A program made the translations under genes and the position numbers. Below are positions 28,464-38,538 of a stretch of DNA of 64,000 nt, in pieces. The DNA is from a virus. The DNA lies in IMG/VR virus record IMGVR_UViG_3300045391_004889, positions 32,001 to 96,000 of that record; one strand, 5' to 3'. The notes under the pieces were generated by a model. That model was not told where the DNA came from and did no database searches. It worked only from the letters and a program-made list of their open reading frames with translations. The stretch's first letter is position 1. Each line of letters begins with the position of its first letter.

Positions 28464-29002
28464 AGACGACGGCGCAAGCTGCCATCGGAATCCACGGTCG
28501 TCTCTCCCTCACGGTGGTCAAGCCGGACGGCACCGTCCGAGATCGTCGTGAGGGTGACAACATCATGTGCACGGCCGGCCTGTCCGTGCTCGCGAGTGCC
28601 CTCGTATGGTCCGGAATCCAGGACCAGGCTGCCAACCAGGGAGTCACCCAGCCGACGTACCTCACGCCCCTCTGGGGCGCCGTGGGGTCTGGTACCGGGA
28701 CAGTCGCAGCGTCCGACACCCTGCTCTTCGCGGAGCTGGGTCGCGTGATCGTCGGCGCGGGTGCGGCGTCACCCGCCACCTCGACGATCCCGGCGCTGCT
28801 CACCTGGCTGTTCTACTTCCCCTCACCTGCCACCACCTGGGTCGTCACCGAGGCGGGTGTCTTCGCGAACGGCAGCTCCAGCGACCTCAACGTGCAGACG
28901 GCCGGCACGTTGCTGGATCACTGGGCATTCTCGCCCAGCGTCACGGTACCGACCACTGACACCCTGATCCTGCAGGCCACCTTTACGATCTCCGGGACGT
29001 GA
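28454..29002 (+). CDS. minor tail protein
   Basis: N.....G...L...AVGSGT....ASDT.L..E..R...TEAGVF motif of tail-fibre/baseplate connectors. Confidence 0.7.
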   Translation: MGLKTTAQAAIGIHGRLSLTVVKPDGTVRDRREGDNIMCTAGLSVLASALVWSGIQDQAANQGVTQPTYLTPLWGAVGSGTGTVAASDTLLFAELGRVIVGAGAASPATSTIPALLTWLFYFPSPATTWVVTEAGVFANGSSSDLNVQTAGTLLDHWAFSPSVTVPTTDTLILQATFTISGT

Positions 29003-29005
29003 TCA

Positions 29006-29764
29006 ATGGGGACCACCACGCCAGATTGGCTGGGCGCCGCACCCGGCTCACCCGGCCTGGCTGGCCAGGTGAACCAGTTTCTCGGTGATCACAACTCGGT
29101 GATCACGTACGGTGAGGTGCAGGCAAGCACTCAGGGCACCGGCGCCGCGGTGTATACGGGTACCGACACAAGCTACCTCGCGCAGCTGATCACCACCGCA
29201 CCTGCTCAGACGAGCATCTCCTCGGTGGCGATTCAGCTCAGCACGGTGGGTGGCTCACCCGTCATCAACAACATCCCGAACCTCACCATCAGCATCTTCG
29301 ACAGCTTCAGCGGGGCACCCACCGGTGCGGCGCTTACCAGCGTGACGTTGACTGAGACCTACATCTACAGCTCGCCCTTCTGGGTGTCGGTGCCTCTCAC
29401 CCTCGGTGGGCTGACCGGTGGCACCGACTACTTCATCGTGACCAGCATGGTTGGCACGTCCACCAATCTCTACGTCTGGCAACGATCCACTCAGACGACA
29501 GGTGCGTTCACCTCCACCGATGAGGTCTCCTGGATTCCCGCCACATACGGGCTGATGTACCAGGTCAATGAGCCGGGTGGCTCGTCTACCACAGTGAAGC
29601 AGATCAACGAAGATGACGGTGCTCGTACCACGCAGTTCAGCTACGACGCTGACGATCAGCTGATCAGCCTGGTGCAATTCACCGCGACACAGGGTGGCTC
29701 AGGTTCCTTCCTGACCGCGCCCACCTTCACCTACACCAACGGTTTGATCACGGGAGTGAGCTGA
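29006..29764 (+). CDS. minor tail protein (paralogue A)
   Basis: N-terminal P.W...G.P..A.QVNQ.LG.H and LAQ..TT module shared with 31798 and 33052. Confidence 0.7.
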   Translation: MGTTTPDWLGAAPGSPGLAGQVNQFLGDHNSVITYGEVQASTQGTGAAVYTGTDTSYLAQLITTAPAQTSISSVAIQLSTVGGSPVINNIPNLTISIFDSFSGAPTGAALTSVTLTETYIYSSPFWVSVPLTLGGLTGGTDYFIVTSMVGTSTNLYVWQRSTQTTGAFTSTDEVSWIPATYGLMYQVNEPGGSSTTVKQINEDDGARTTQFSYDADDQLISLVQFTATQGGSGSFLTAPTFTYTNGLITGVS

Positions 29765-31798
29765 ATGCCCTTCCTCGTCGGGTACATCACCCCGCAGGAC
29801 TACGGTGCCGCAGGTGACGGAACCACGGATGACACCGCCGCCTTCCAAGCCGCAGCCACCGCGATCAACAACCTGGGCGGCGGCACCCTCTTCGTCCCAC
29901 CGTACTACAGCTACAAGCTGAACGGCACGATGCACCTGGGACCAAACACCACGGTCTCCGCGTACAACGCCTACATCTTCGCCGGCGCCGGTGCGGGTCA
30001 GGCGTTGATTGACAACTACCTGAATCAGACGTCGCCGACGGTGTACAACGGCAACGGCAACATCAACATCCTCGGTGGCATCTGGGACGCCAAGGGTCAG
30101 GTGTACACCACCGACTCAGCTGACACGTTCTTCTTCGCTCACGCTCGTCACATCCTTTGCAAGGACGTCACCTGGCGGAACACCCGTGGCTTCCACGCCA
30201 TGGAGTACAACGCGATCGACAACGGCCAGGTGATCAACTGCCGGTTCGAGGGATACAGCACCGCAGGTGGCAGTGACCCCGGCGAGGCGTTCCAGGTTGA
30301 TCTGGCGATCGCCGGCGCGGGTATGCCGGCCAACGACGGCACACTGTCTCAGAACATCACGATGGATGGTTGCTACGCGGGACCGGCCACCGACGGCTCA
30401 GGTCTCGGCGCACCCGGCGCCTTGATCGGCTCTCACTCCACGTCAGCGGGTAACACCTACCAGGGTGTGCGAGTGTTCAACTCGGTCGCCGACTCGTGTC
30501 TTCACTACGGCATCCACGTCTACAACTGGTCCAAGTGTGAGATCATCGGCAACACGATCTTGAACACCGGTGACGTCGGCATTCTCGTGGAGACGCAGAA
30601 CACCGGCAACTACCAGCCGTACGCCATCAACGTGACCGGCAACAGCATCGTCGGTTCCACGAACTACGGCATCAACGTCAACGGTCAGGGTGCCTTCGCA
30701 GGCAACTTCGTGTCGGACATCGCGATCACCGGTAACACCATCCGTGACGTCACCGGTGCCACAGGCACGTCCGGCATCGGCATGTCGTTCACGCAGGGCG
30801 CCACGATCACCGGCAACACCGTGTACAACACGGTGACCAACGGCATCATGCTCAGCAACGACACCTACGTCACGGTCAACAGCAACAACGTGCGCGGGGT
30901 GGCGACGGGCATCTCGGTCGCCGGTACCACGCAGACGCAGGTGACCGGCAACACCGTGCAGAACTGCACGTCGAACGGCATCTTCGTCGGCCAGACGGCC
31001 GGTGCGGTGAACACCTCGGACGTGTTGATCTCCGACAACGCGGTGGAGAACTGCTCGAACGCCGCGATCCGCGGCGGCACCAGCGCCACCGACATCATGG
31101 TCGTCAACAACAAGATCACTCAGGGCGCCAACGGCACGTTCGGCATCGAGCTCGTCTCCACCAACACCGGCTGGGCTGTGTGGGACAACTGGCTGGATGG
31201 CACCTGGACCCTGGCCAACGCGCTCGCAGTGTTCAACACCACTACCAAGGTCACCGTCACCCCCGACGGTCGGTACGGGATCCGCGGCTCCAACTGGTGG
31301 GGTACCCAGCTCAACCCGACGTTGACCACGGCGACTGTTGCCAACACCGCGTCTGAGACTGTGGTCGGCACCTTCACCATTCCAGCCAACGACGCGCAGG
31401 CTGGTGGTGTCTATCGCATGGTGATGTACGGCACCGCCTCCTCGACGGGCACCCCCACCATCACGTTCCGAGTTCGCTTGGGCGGCGTCGCCGGTACGGC
31501 ACTGGCTACCTTCGGTGCGATCACCACGTCCAGCGGGGCCAGCAACCAGGCTTGGCAGATGAGCACCAACCTCTTCGCCATCGCCCCCGGCTCGTCTGGC
31601 ACCTACTCCGCGTTCTCCAGCTTGGCTCAGCAGATCGCCTCACCGACGGGTCTGGCCACCTCAAACACGATGACCAACGGCACGGTCACGGCCAACTCGA
31701 CGACGAACCTCACCCTGGTCGTCACGGCGCAGTGGTCAGCTGCCAGCGCCTCGAACACCGTCTCCTCGACGGCCGGCCTGCTCTCCCGGGACTACTGA
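29765..31798 (+). CDS. tail spike with right-handed beta-helix (depolymerase-like)
   Basis: DYGAAGDGTTDDTAAFQAA; repeated I.GN.I...GI pattern. Confidence 0.85.
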   Translation: MPFLVGYITPQDYGAAGDGTTDDTAAFQAAATAINNLGGGTLFVPPYYSYKLNGTMHLGPNTTVSAYNAYIFAGAGAGQALIDNYLNQTSPTVYNGNGNINILGGIWDAKGQVYTTDSADTFFFAHARHILCKDVTWRNTRGFHAMEYNAIDNGQVINCRFEGYSTAGGSDPGEAFQVDLAIAGAGMPANDGTLSQNITMDGCYAGPATDGSGLGAPGALIGSHSTSAGNTYQGVRVFNSVADSCLHYGIHVYNWSKCEIIGNTILNTGDVGILVETQNTGNYQPYAINVTGNSIVGSTNYGINVNGQGAFAGNFVSDIAITGNTIRDVTGATGTSGIGMSFTQGATITGNTVYNTVTNGIMLSNDTYVTVNSNNVRGVATGISVAGTTQTQVTGNTVQNCTSNGIFVGQTAGAVNTSDVLISDNAVENCSNAAIRGGTSATDIMVVNNKITQGANGTFGIELVSTNTGWAVWDNWLDGTWTLANALAVFNTTTKVTVTPDGRYGIRGSNWWGTQLNPTLTTATVANTASETVVGTFTIPANDAQAGGVYRMVMYGTASSTGTPTITFRVRLGGVAGTALATFGAITTSSGASNQAWQMSTNLFAIAPGSSGTYSAFSSLAQQIASPTGLATSNTMTNGTVTANSTTNLTLVVTAQWSAASASNTVSSTAGLLSRDY

Positions 31799-32559
31799 TG
31801 TCGACGGCACCCACGTGGCAGGCACCCACCAGCGGGCAGCCGCCTCTCGCGAGCCACGTCAACCAGCTGCTTGGCGCGCACGCGTGTAATGTGATCTACA
31901 ACGGGACGCAGACGTCTGGGCAGCTGACGTCCGGTGGCACCACCGTGTCCACCAATGGTCTGTGGCTGGCTCAATCATTCACGACGGCAGCCGCGCAGAC
32001 GACCATCGGTCACCTCAGTCTCTCACTGACGACCACGACGACCAGTGGTGCCTCGCTGGCGCCCACCACGGTGAGCATTCAAGCGAACAACGCCGGCGCC
32101 CCGTCCAACACGCCCCTGGTGTCGGTCACCATTCCCGCGGAGTACGCCAACATCGGAAGCGGTGGTGTCACCACCACTCGCATCAACATTCCCACGTACG
32201 TCACCGGGCTCACGCCCAGCAGCACCTACTGGATCGTCGTGGCTGCGGCGGGTAACGTGAGCAACAGCTACACCGTGCATCAGTCGAACCAGGTGTCGGG
32301 TGCCTCCACGTCAACCAACGGCACGACGTGGACGGCACAGGCGTACGGCTTCACCTACGCGGTGCGAGACAACACGGTGTCGGGTGTGCCTCTGGGCACG
32401 CTCGAGGACGCTGGAGCGAGGTGGACATTTGCGTTGTATGACGCCTCACAACGTGTCACCGCCTACTATGAGTACACCGCTGGTCAGACGACGAGCGGTT
32501 ACCTGTCTTCCAACCGCACGTACGTGTACAGCGGTTGGTTGCCGACCATCATCTCATAG
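31798..32559 (+). CDS. minor tail protein (paralogue B)
   Basis: coupled ATG; alignable with 29006..29764 by eye. Confidence 0.7.
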   Translation: MSTAPTWQAPTSGQPPLASHVNQLLGAHACNVIYNGTQTSGQLTSGGTTVSTNGLWLAQSFTTAAAQTTIGHLSLSLTTTTTSGASLAPTTVSIQANNAGAPSNTPLVSVTIPAEYANIGSGGVTTTRINIPTYVTGLTPSSTYWIVVAAAGNVSNSYTVHQSNQVSGASTSTNGTTWTAQAYGFTYAVRDNTVSGVPLGTLEDAGARWTFALYDASQRVTAYYEYTAGQTTSGYLSSNRTYVYSGWLPTIIS

Positions 32560-32568
32560 GGAGAACAC

Positions 32569-33039
32569 GTGGCAACGACGCTCGAGGTGTTGACCGCGTC
32601 GCAGATTGCGATGCTGCTCAACCCACCGATGGTGAACCTGCAGAACACCAGCTTTGTTCTGGCGTCAAGCGGCAGCTACAGCGCCATTCCTTGGACCGCA
32701 CAGTTGTCCAAGAGTGGCAACATCACCTGGTCGTCGGGCACCAATCCATCGCGTATCACGGCTGTAGTTCCCGGCACTTACCTGTTGACGGGTACAGTCA
32801 TCTGGCCGGGTGGACTCGCTTCAGGCGACGGTCGTGGCCAAATCCAGGTAAATGGTAGCGCGACGGACATTCGAGTCACCACCATGCGAGGAAGTGTCGG
32901 CAACAACGGCGCTTCGGTAGCCGGTCTGCAGGTGCTCAACGCGGGTGACTATGTGGAACTCGCTGTCAACCAGTCAGTCGCTTCTATGACGCTCATCTGC
33001 ACGTTCAGCGTAAGCCTCGTCAGCCTCGCCACCTCGTAA
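32569..33039 (+). CDS. minor tail protein (C1q/TNF-like beta-sandwich)
   Basis: SRIT...PG.Y..., LNAGDYVEL motif. Confidence 0.65.
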   Translation: MATTLEVLTASQIAMLLNPPMVNLQNTSFVLASSGSYSAIPWTAQLSKSGNITWSSGTNPSRITAVVPGTYLLTGTVIWPGGLASGDGRGQIQVNGSATDIRVTTMRGSVGNNGASVAGLQVLNAGDYVELAVNQSVASMTLICTFSVSLVSLATS

Positions 33040-33051
33040 CCCGGAGACGCG

Positions 33052-35364
33052 ATGCCCACCACTCCACCCTGGTCAGCCGCACAGAACGGGCTTCCCACCG
33101 AGCTCGACAGCACCGAGCAGGCAGCGCAAGCGGGCCAGGAACTCGGCACCCACAGCATCTCGGTGCTGTATGACGGCACTCGCATCTTGACGCCGAGTGG
33201 TGGCACCCAGCTGGACTACTACACGCCCGGCAACGTCACCGACATCAGTCAGCCATTCGTGTTGTCGGGCACCAACGTCGGTCGAGTGGTTCTGCCGATC
33301 AGCTACAGCGGTGAGGCGGCTGACCTGCACGTCACGCTGTGCCCGGACAGCGGTGGGGTGCCGCTGACCACAAATCCGATCGTCAGCGTCAACGTTCCGG
33401 CCATCGTAATTCGTAATCTCATTGCGCACCAGGGTCTCGAGAACGCCGTCGTGCCGACGCAAACTGCCACGTTCAACACGCAGTATTGCACCAACAGCAT
33501 TACCACGTTCAACTGGGCGAGTCCGTTGGGTGACGCGAATGGCGTTGCCAACAACGCAGCCGTCGTCGTGGACGGCAACTACTTCATCTTCCTGGGCGGG
33601 TTCACCACGGTCAACGTCGCTACCGTGGCCACAGCTGAGTTTCAGGGTGGGGACGTTCTGGCTCAGCCGGTGGCGCAACCACCGCTCCCGAGTCCCGGCT
33701 ACTACGTCGCGTGTGCCACGACGACCAACTCAATCGTCGCGTGTGGTGGTTACAACGGCACGAGTCCGAGTTCCGCGGTGTTCACCGCCAGCTGGGACGT
33801 CAACACCGGTGCCATCGGCGCCTGGTCCGGCCAGGCATCCATGCCCAACACGCGGTGGGGCGCGGGCGTCACCAGCTTCAACGACACCGTCTACATCGTA
33901 GGTGGCACGTTCACCGGGGCGTCCGCGTCCAACTCGTTCATCTACGCGAACGTGGACAACGGGCAGATCAGCAGCTGGATCAACGGACCCGATCTGCCAC
34001 AAGCTACCATGTCACCGATGCTGACGGTGTGTGCCGGCTGGTTGTTCTGCGTTGGCGGATGCACCATCGCAGCTTCGCCATTCACCAACGTGTGGATGGC
34101 GAAGCTGCAGGATGACGGCACCATCAGCGGGTGGGTTCCAGGCCCCAGCCTGCAGACGGCAGTGTACTCGTACGCGCCGGGCTGGGACATCACCACCACC
34201 GACGACACCATCGTCATCATGGGCGGCTTCACCGGCGCGAGCAGCACCACCGACGCGGTGCAGGTTCTGCCCGTCACTGAGAACACGGTGGGTACCTGGC
34301 GACAGTTCAGGTGGAATCCATCCAACGTGGAAACTGTGGGTGCGTTTGACAACGGCAACGGCACCTGGCAGCTCATCAACCCGGTCACCGCTGGGCAGAT
34401 CTACCGTGCATCCACTCTGTCGTACACCGGGTTGCTGTCGGTGCCACTCGCAGCCGCCGGGTTGACCAACGGGGCGACGTACCACGTCGTGATGCAGCAG
34501 CACCAGTCACAGACCGGCAGCGACTACCTGAGCGTCAACGTGTTGGACGACACGCCGCTGCCACTTCCTGCCCTGGGGCGATCCAGGCACGTGGGTAACT
34601 GGGGCAACCTCATCGGTACCGGGTGGTCGGTGCCGATCTCCGTGTACAACCAAGACGTGAGCGCGAGTGGTGACATCCGTCACACGCTCGAGGATCTGAG
34701 CTCGACGGGTAGCGTGGTCAGCAGCAACATCGCCGGTGCGTTCTCCACTCACATCTGGGACTACCAGCATCACTTGATCGGGCGTGTCAGCTCCGTCGCT
34801 CAGCTCAACATCGCGCTCAACGCCAACCCCACGTTCACCAGTGGGGTCAGCTCGTGGACACCCACGAACTGCACCTTCGTGCAGTCCAACGCTCAGACAC
34901 ACGGTGGCTTCTCGTTCTCGGGACTCATGACCCCGAGCGGCAGCGGCAATGCCTTTGTCACGTCAGAGCAGATCATGCTTCCGGTCAGCAGCAACCAGGT
35001 GCTGGCCGGTGTGCGGTGGTTCACCGCCAACGGGTGGTTCTACTCACCCACCGGGTTCGGCACCCTGCTCGTGGGTGTCAACTGGTACGACAGCGGCGGC
35101 AACCTCATCTCAGGCAGCTCCACGACGAGCTCCATCGCTGCCAACACGTGGTCAAACTACGTGACGTTCTCTCTCGCGCCCAACAGCGCCTCCTTCGCTG
35201 CCATCTTCATCACCGAGGTGGCACCGGCGCCCAGCAACACGTTGTATCTGTCCAACGTGACGTTCACCCTCTCCACTGAGACCGTCGACTCCTTCGCCAG
35301 TGTCATCACGGTCGACTATGACCCGAACACCGGACTGCCAAACGGTACCACGGAGCTGACCTAG
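33052..35364 (+). CDS. minor tail protein with Kelch-like propeller and CBM-like domain (paralogue C)
   Basis: repeated hydrophobic-GG...W Kelch pattern; NP.F.SG.S.W CBM4/9-like start near the C-terminus. Confidence 0.75.
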   Translation: MPTTPPWSAAQNGLPTELDSTEQAAQAGQELGTHSISVLYDGTRILTPSGGTQLDYYTPGNVTDISQPFVLSGTNVGRVVLPISYSGEAADLHVTLCPDSGGVPLTTNPIVSVNVPAIVIRNLIAHQGLENAVVPTQTATFNTQYCTNSITTFNWASPLGDANGVANNAAVVVDGNYFIFLGGFTTVNVATVATAEFQGGDVLAQPVAQPPLPSPGYYVACATTTNSIVACGGYNGTSPSSAVFTASWDVNTGAIGAWSGQASMPNTRWGAGVTSFNDTVYIVGGTFTGASASNSFIYANVDNGQISSWINGPDLPQATMSPMLTVCAGWLFCVGGCTIAASPFTNVWMAKLQDDGTISGWVPGPSLQTAVYSYAPGWDITTTDDTIVIMGGFTGASSTTDAVQVLPVTENTVGTWRQFRWNPSNVETVGAFDNGNGTWQLINPVTAGQIYRASTLSYTGLLSVPLAAAGLTNGATYHVVMQQHQSQTGSDYLSVNVLDDTPLPLPALGRSRHVGNWGNLIGTGWSVPISVYNQDVSASGDIRHTLEDLSSTGSVVSSNIAGAFSTHIWDYQHHLIGRVSSVAQLNIALNANPTFTSGVSSWTPTNCTFVQSNAQTHGGFSFSGLMTPSGSGNAFVTSEQIMLPVSSNQVLAGVRWFTANGWFYSPTGFGTLLVGVNWYDSGGNLISGSSTTSSIAANTWSNYVTFSLAPNSASFAAIFITEVAPAPSNTLYLSNVTFTLSTETVDSFASVITVDYDPNTGLPNGTTELT

Positions 35365-35388
35365 GTCACAGGATGAACGGACGACGAC

Positions 35389-35745
35389 GTGAATCAGCAG
35401 CCACAGCCTTATGACGAGAGCGGGGTCCACACCTCCGTCAGCTACAGCGTCAAGGAGCTCTTCGAGGAGATCAAGACGTCCCTCGACAAGCTGGACACCA
35501 AGCTGAGCAGCAAGGCCAGCCGGGACGAGCTCCAGGCGCTGGCCAGCGAGCTGCAGCACGAGGTCAACGAGCTGAACAACCGACTCGCTTCTCAGCGTGG
35601 TCGTATTGACCGGCTGGAGGCAGCCAAGGAGCTGGCGGAGAAGACGACCAACGCGGTGTCAGAGTGGAAGAAGTGGTTTCTGCCGACGCTGCTGACCATC
35701 GCACTGGTGGTTATCGCCATCCTGCAGCTCATGAAGACGAAGTGA
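35389..35745 (+). CDS. membrane protein with coiled coil and C-terminal TM helix (lysis cassette)
   Basis: TM FLPTLLTIALVVIAILQL; upstream of the endolysin. Confidence 0.65.
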   Translation: MNQQPQPYDESGVHTSVSYSVKELFEEIKTSLDKLDTKLSSKASRDELQALASELQHEVNELNNRLASQRGRIDRLEAAKELAEKTTNAVSEWKKWFLPTLLTIALVVIAILQLMKTK

Positions 35746-35951
35746 CCGGGCTCGCCCACGTCTGGGCTCAGGTCTGGCCGAACCTGCTCAGCAGCGTGAT
35801 CACCTTCGCTGTCGGTTCGGTCTGGCACCTGGTGCTCGTGCGTCGAACCCTCAGGCATCATCAGAACGTCATAGAACAGCGTCTCACTGCACAACAGCGG
35901 GCGCTGGGACTGACAGACCTGGAGGACGAGAATGACGGTCAGCGGGATTGA
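35742..35951 (+). CDS. small membrane protein (holin candidate)
   Basis: GTGA coupling; one TM helix; overlaps the endolysin start. Confidence 0.5.
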   Translation: MTGLAHVWAQVWPNLLSSVITFAVGSVWHLVLVRRTLRHHQNVIEQRLTAQQRALGLTDLEDENDGQRD

Positions 35952-36771
35952 CGTCGCCTCCTATCAGGGGACGACCTACAACACCACCGGGTTGAGCTTC
36001 GTGCTCGCCAAAGCCACCGAAGGCACGGGTTACGTCAACCCGAACCACGCCGGCCAGGTGCTCACCGCTCGCTCGCGTGAGCTGGTGGTTGGCCACTACC
36101 ACTTCGTGCGACCGGGAAGCATGACCGCGCAGGTGGACTACTTCCTGGCTCACACCGCTCCTCACGCCGGGGACCTGCTGGCTCTCGACTGGGAAGACAC
36201 GGGAGTCTCAGGTGCCGACAAGGACGCCTTCCTGAGGTACCTGGAGACCAAGACACCTCACAACCGAGTGATCCTCTACTGCAACCGTGACTTCTGGCTC
36301 AACCGAGACCACACGTCATACTGCGCGGAGGGTCTGTGGATCGCCGACCCGAACTCCGCGGCCGGTCACCCGAACATCCAGCACTCGTGGACGATCCACC
36401 AGTACAGCGAGACCGGCGGCATCGACCACAACGTGGCGAACTTCGGCAGCACCGACGCGATGAGGTCCTGGGCGGCGAAGGGCGTGATCGCCCCGCCACC
36501 GCACCCGCATCCGACGGCCAGCTACGTGCCGTTCCCGGGTTCCGCCTGGTTCCACCTCGGTCGCAAGGACCCGATCGTCCAGGAGATGCACAAGCGCCTC
36601 GTGGCCGAGGGCTGCAACCACTACCAGTCCAGCAGGAACCAGGACGTCATCGGCAGCGGTGACGTCGCGAGCTACGAGGCCTGGCAGCGGAAGTGTGGCT
36701 ATCACGGGAAGGCTGCCACCTGGCCACCCGGCAAGACCACCTGGGACAAGCTGAAGGTTCCCCGTTCCTGA
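35932..36771 (+). CDS. endolysin, GH25 muramidase plus C-terminal peptidoglycan-binding domain
   Basis: GIDVASYQ, KATEG, GHYHF, LDWE, IHQYS, DHN motifs; PFPG..WF...WQRK...PG..TW..L tail. Confidence 0.92.
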   Translation: MTVSGIDVASYQGTTYNTTGLSFVLAKATEGTGYVNPNHAGQVLTARSRELVVGHYHFVRPGSMTAQVDYFLAHTAPHAGDLLALDWEDTGVSGADKDAFLRYLETKTPHNRVILYCNRDFWLNRDHTSYCAEGLWIADPNSAAGHPNIQHSWTIHQYSETGGIDHNVANFGSTDAMRSWAAKGVIAPPPHPHPTASYVPFPGSAWFHLGRKDPIVQEMHKRLVAEGCNHYQSSRNQDVIGSGDVASYEAWQRKCGYHGKAATWPPGKTTWDKLKVPRS

Positions 36772-36775
36772 GCAT

Positions 36776-36815
36776 CGAGAGACGCCCACCGGCAGACGCT
36801 GGTGGGCGTCTCTCG
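36776..36815. terminator. probable bidirectional terminator between the convergent arms
   Basis: CGAGAGACGCCCACC-N10-GGTGGGCGTCTCTCG, 15-bp stem at the strand switch. Confidence 0.8.
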
Positions 36816-36840
36816 TGCGTTCAGGACCTTCACCAGGCGA

Positions 36841-37065
36841 CTACGCGATGCGGAGCTCGACGTGCACGCTCTCCACGGGCACGTCGAGCAGACAGGCGAC
36901 GCAGTCGTTGGCCATCATCTGAGCCTCACGCCAGGTCCTACCCTGGGTGAACCCCGCGAGGTTGGGAGGCAACCCCTCGATGGTGACCGCCCACATGTCG
37001 CCGTCGTGACGTGCCCGAGCCTTGTAGCTGTGAGCGGCGGTGCCACCCTCGACCGTCTCACTCAT
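36841..37065 (-). CDS. HicB-like antitoxin domain protein
   Basis: Y.A.A..DGD.WAVTI..LP...FTQGRT..EA..MA.D..A..L fits the HicB N-terminal pattern. Confidence 0.7.
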   Translation of the reverse strand: MSETVEGGTAAHSYKARARHDGDMWAVTIEGLPPNLAGFTQGRTWREAQMMANDCVACLLDVPVESVHVELRIA

Positions 37066-37666
37066 CGACGGTCACCTTCTTCATCACCACGGTTGCAGCC
37101 ACGGTGTGCGTCGGGTCGGTGCCGGCCATCGGAGAGTTACCCACAGTGATCTTGGGCACGTACGGCGGGGGTGTCGTGATCTTCGGGAAGTACGACGGGT
37201 GGAAGGCGCCGGTGTCCACCTTCACGGGGTTGATCAGCCGCACCTGGGTGAGCGCGGGGAAGAGAACGGTCTCCGCCACCGGGTCCTGCTGACGGATCAC
37301 GGGAACCGGCTGCGTCGCCACGTCCACCGGGTCGTCCTGATCCCGTTCCGGGAAGATGAAGTCGATGCGGTGCTTGTTCGCGTCGTTGGCCTCGACGGCC
37401 ACCTGCAGCTTACGGTCCAGCTCGTCCGCGCGGTCGATCGCGTTCCACGCGGCGGTCTGCGCGCTCTCCAGTTCCGCGTGGAGCTGCTCGATCAGGCGAG
37501 CCTGCTCCACGTTCATGTTCCTGGAGTTGGCGAGGTCTCGCTCCAGGGCAGCCATGCGATCCCAAACCCGGCGCTTGCCGGTCTGCGGTCGCACTCGGCT
37601 GATGAGGCGCAACCTCCAGTTGCGCTGCGGCTTGGCCGCCGCGATGGGCACGAGCTCGGTAGTCAT
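37058..37666 (-). CDS. hypothetical coiled-coil protein
   Basis: ORF with codon bias; heptad region. Confidence 0.65.
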   Translation of the reverse strand: MTTELVPIAAAKPQRNWRLRLISRVRPQTGKRRVWDRMAALERDLANSRNMNVEQARLIEQLHAELESAQTAAWNAIDRADELDRKLQVAVEANDANKHRIDFIFPERDQDDPVDVATQPVPVIRQQDPVAETVLFPALTQVRLINPVKVDTGAFHPSYFPKITTPPPYVPKITVGNSPMAGTDPTHTVAATVVMKKVTVDE

Positions 37667-37708
37667 CTCAAGGTCCTGTTCTTCTCAAGCGCATCGTGAA
37701 ACACGTGG

Positions 37709-38065
37709 TCAACTTGCCAGGCGGGGAGCGCGACGAAGGTCACGCTTGTGGTGGCAGTTCAAGCAGAGGTAAACCGCACCTACGGAGCTTTCACAGAACG
37801 CTTCCGTGGAGCCGCAGTCCTCGCATCGCTTGTGCCACCTGCTGGCGAACTCGGTGGTGTAGCACTCACCGCAGACGAGGCACTCACTACCGATAACCTG
37901 AGAGACGTTGAACGTCGCCTCGTGGTCGCGGCCGCAGTGACTGCATCGCTTGTGGCACCCGCAGCCGCACCCGGTCTCAGGGCAACCGGCGTGCGAGTGG
38001 ATCGCACACGCGCGACTGAGGTGTAACGGCAGCAGGTGAGCGTCCACCGGCTCTACCCCCTTCAT
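37709..38065 (-). CDS. Cys-rich multi-Zn-finger protein
   Basis: H...C....C.C.CH, CxxC pairs; consensus promoter upstream. Confidence 0.6.
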   Translation of the reverse strand: MKGVEPVDAHLLPLHLSRACAIHSHAGCPETGCGCGCHKRCSHCGRDHEATFNVSQVIGSECLVCGECYTTEFASRWHKRCEDCGSTEAFCESSVGAVYLCLNCHHKRDLRRAPRLAS

Positions 38066-38091
38066 TCCTGGCTCTTCCTGGTCGTGGGACC

Positions 38092-38120
38092 AGCGTATCA
38101 GGGAGGAGGTCAGATGTAAA
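38092..38120 (-). promoter_or_regulatory. promoter TTTACA-N17-TACGCT
   Basis: consensus match; leader CCAGGAAGAGCCAGGAA. Confidence 0.7.
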
Positions 38121-38161
38121 CAAGTTGACGAAAAGTGGTTCCCGAACTTGGAAGCCCGAGG

Positions 38162-38443
38162 TCACCCGCTCACTGGTCGGCGCCCGCCCGTGCTAGGGAC
38201 ATACCCTTCGAACCAGTCGAGAACCTCAGGGATGCTGAGAAGCATCTTCGACCTGCCCTTGACGTTCACCTCGTGCTTCTCTGGGAACCCATTTCGGTTC
38301 CGACGAACCCACCACATGTGGACCTGCTGTCGGCGATAGCCGTCGGGACGCCACTCCCGGTAGATCTCGCTCATGACGCGGGCCACCACGGAGTAGCCAC
38401 CGAACTCGGGCGTGTTTGGCGGCAACGGATGCTTGGTCGTCAC
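38162..38443 (-). CDS. HTH DNA-binding protein (excisionase/MerR-like)
   Basis: GYSVVA...RQQVHMW..R...GFP...EVLDW pattern. Confidence 0.6.
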   Translation of the reverse strand: MTTKHPLPPNTPEFGGYSVVARVMSEIYREWRPDGYRRQQVHMWWVRRNRNGFPEKHEVNVKGRSKMLLSIPEVLDWFEGYVPSTGGRRPVSG

Positions 38444-38487
38444 GTTGTCTTCTCCCCTGCTGTGATGGTGCGAGTGTGGTGACACGG

Positions 38488-38523
38488 CCGATGGCACGTG
38501 CCCTGGTGGGCACGTGCCATCGG
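38488..38523 (-). terminator. perfect 16-bp stem-loop after the DUF932 gene
   Basis: CCGATGGCACGTGCCC-tggt-GGGCACGTGCCATCGG. Confidence 0.75.
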
Positions 38524-38538
38524 TGGGTGCGAGCCGGC

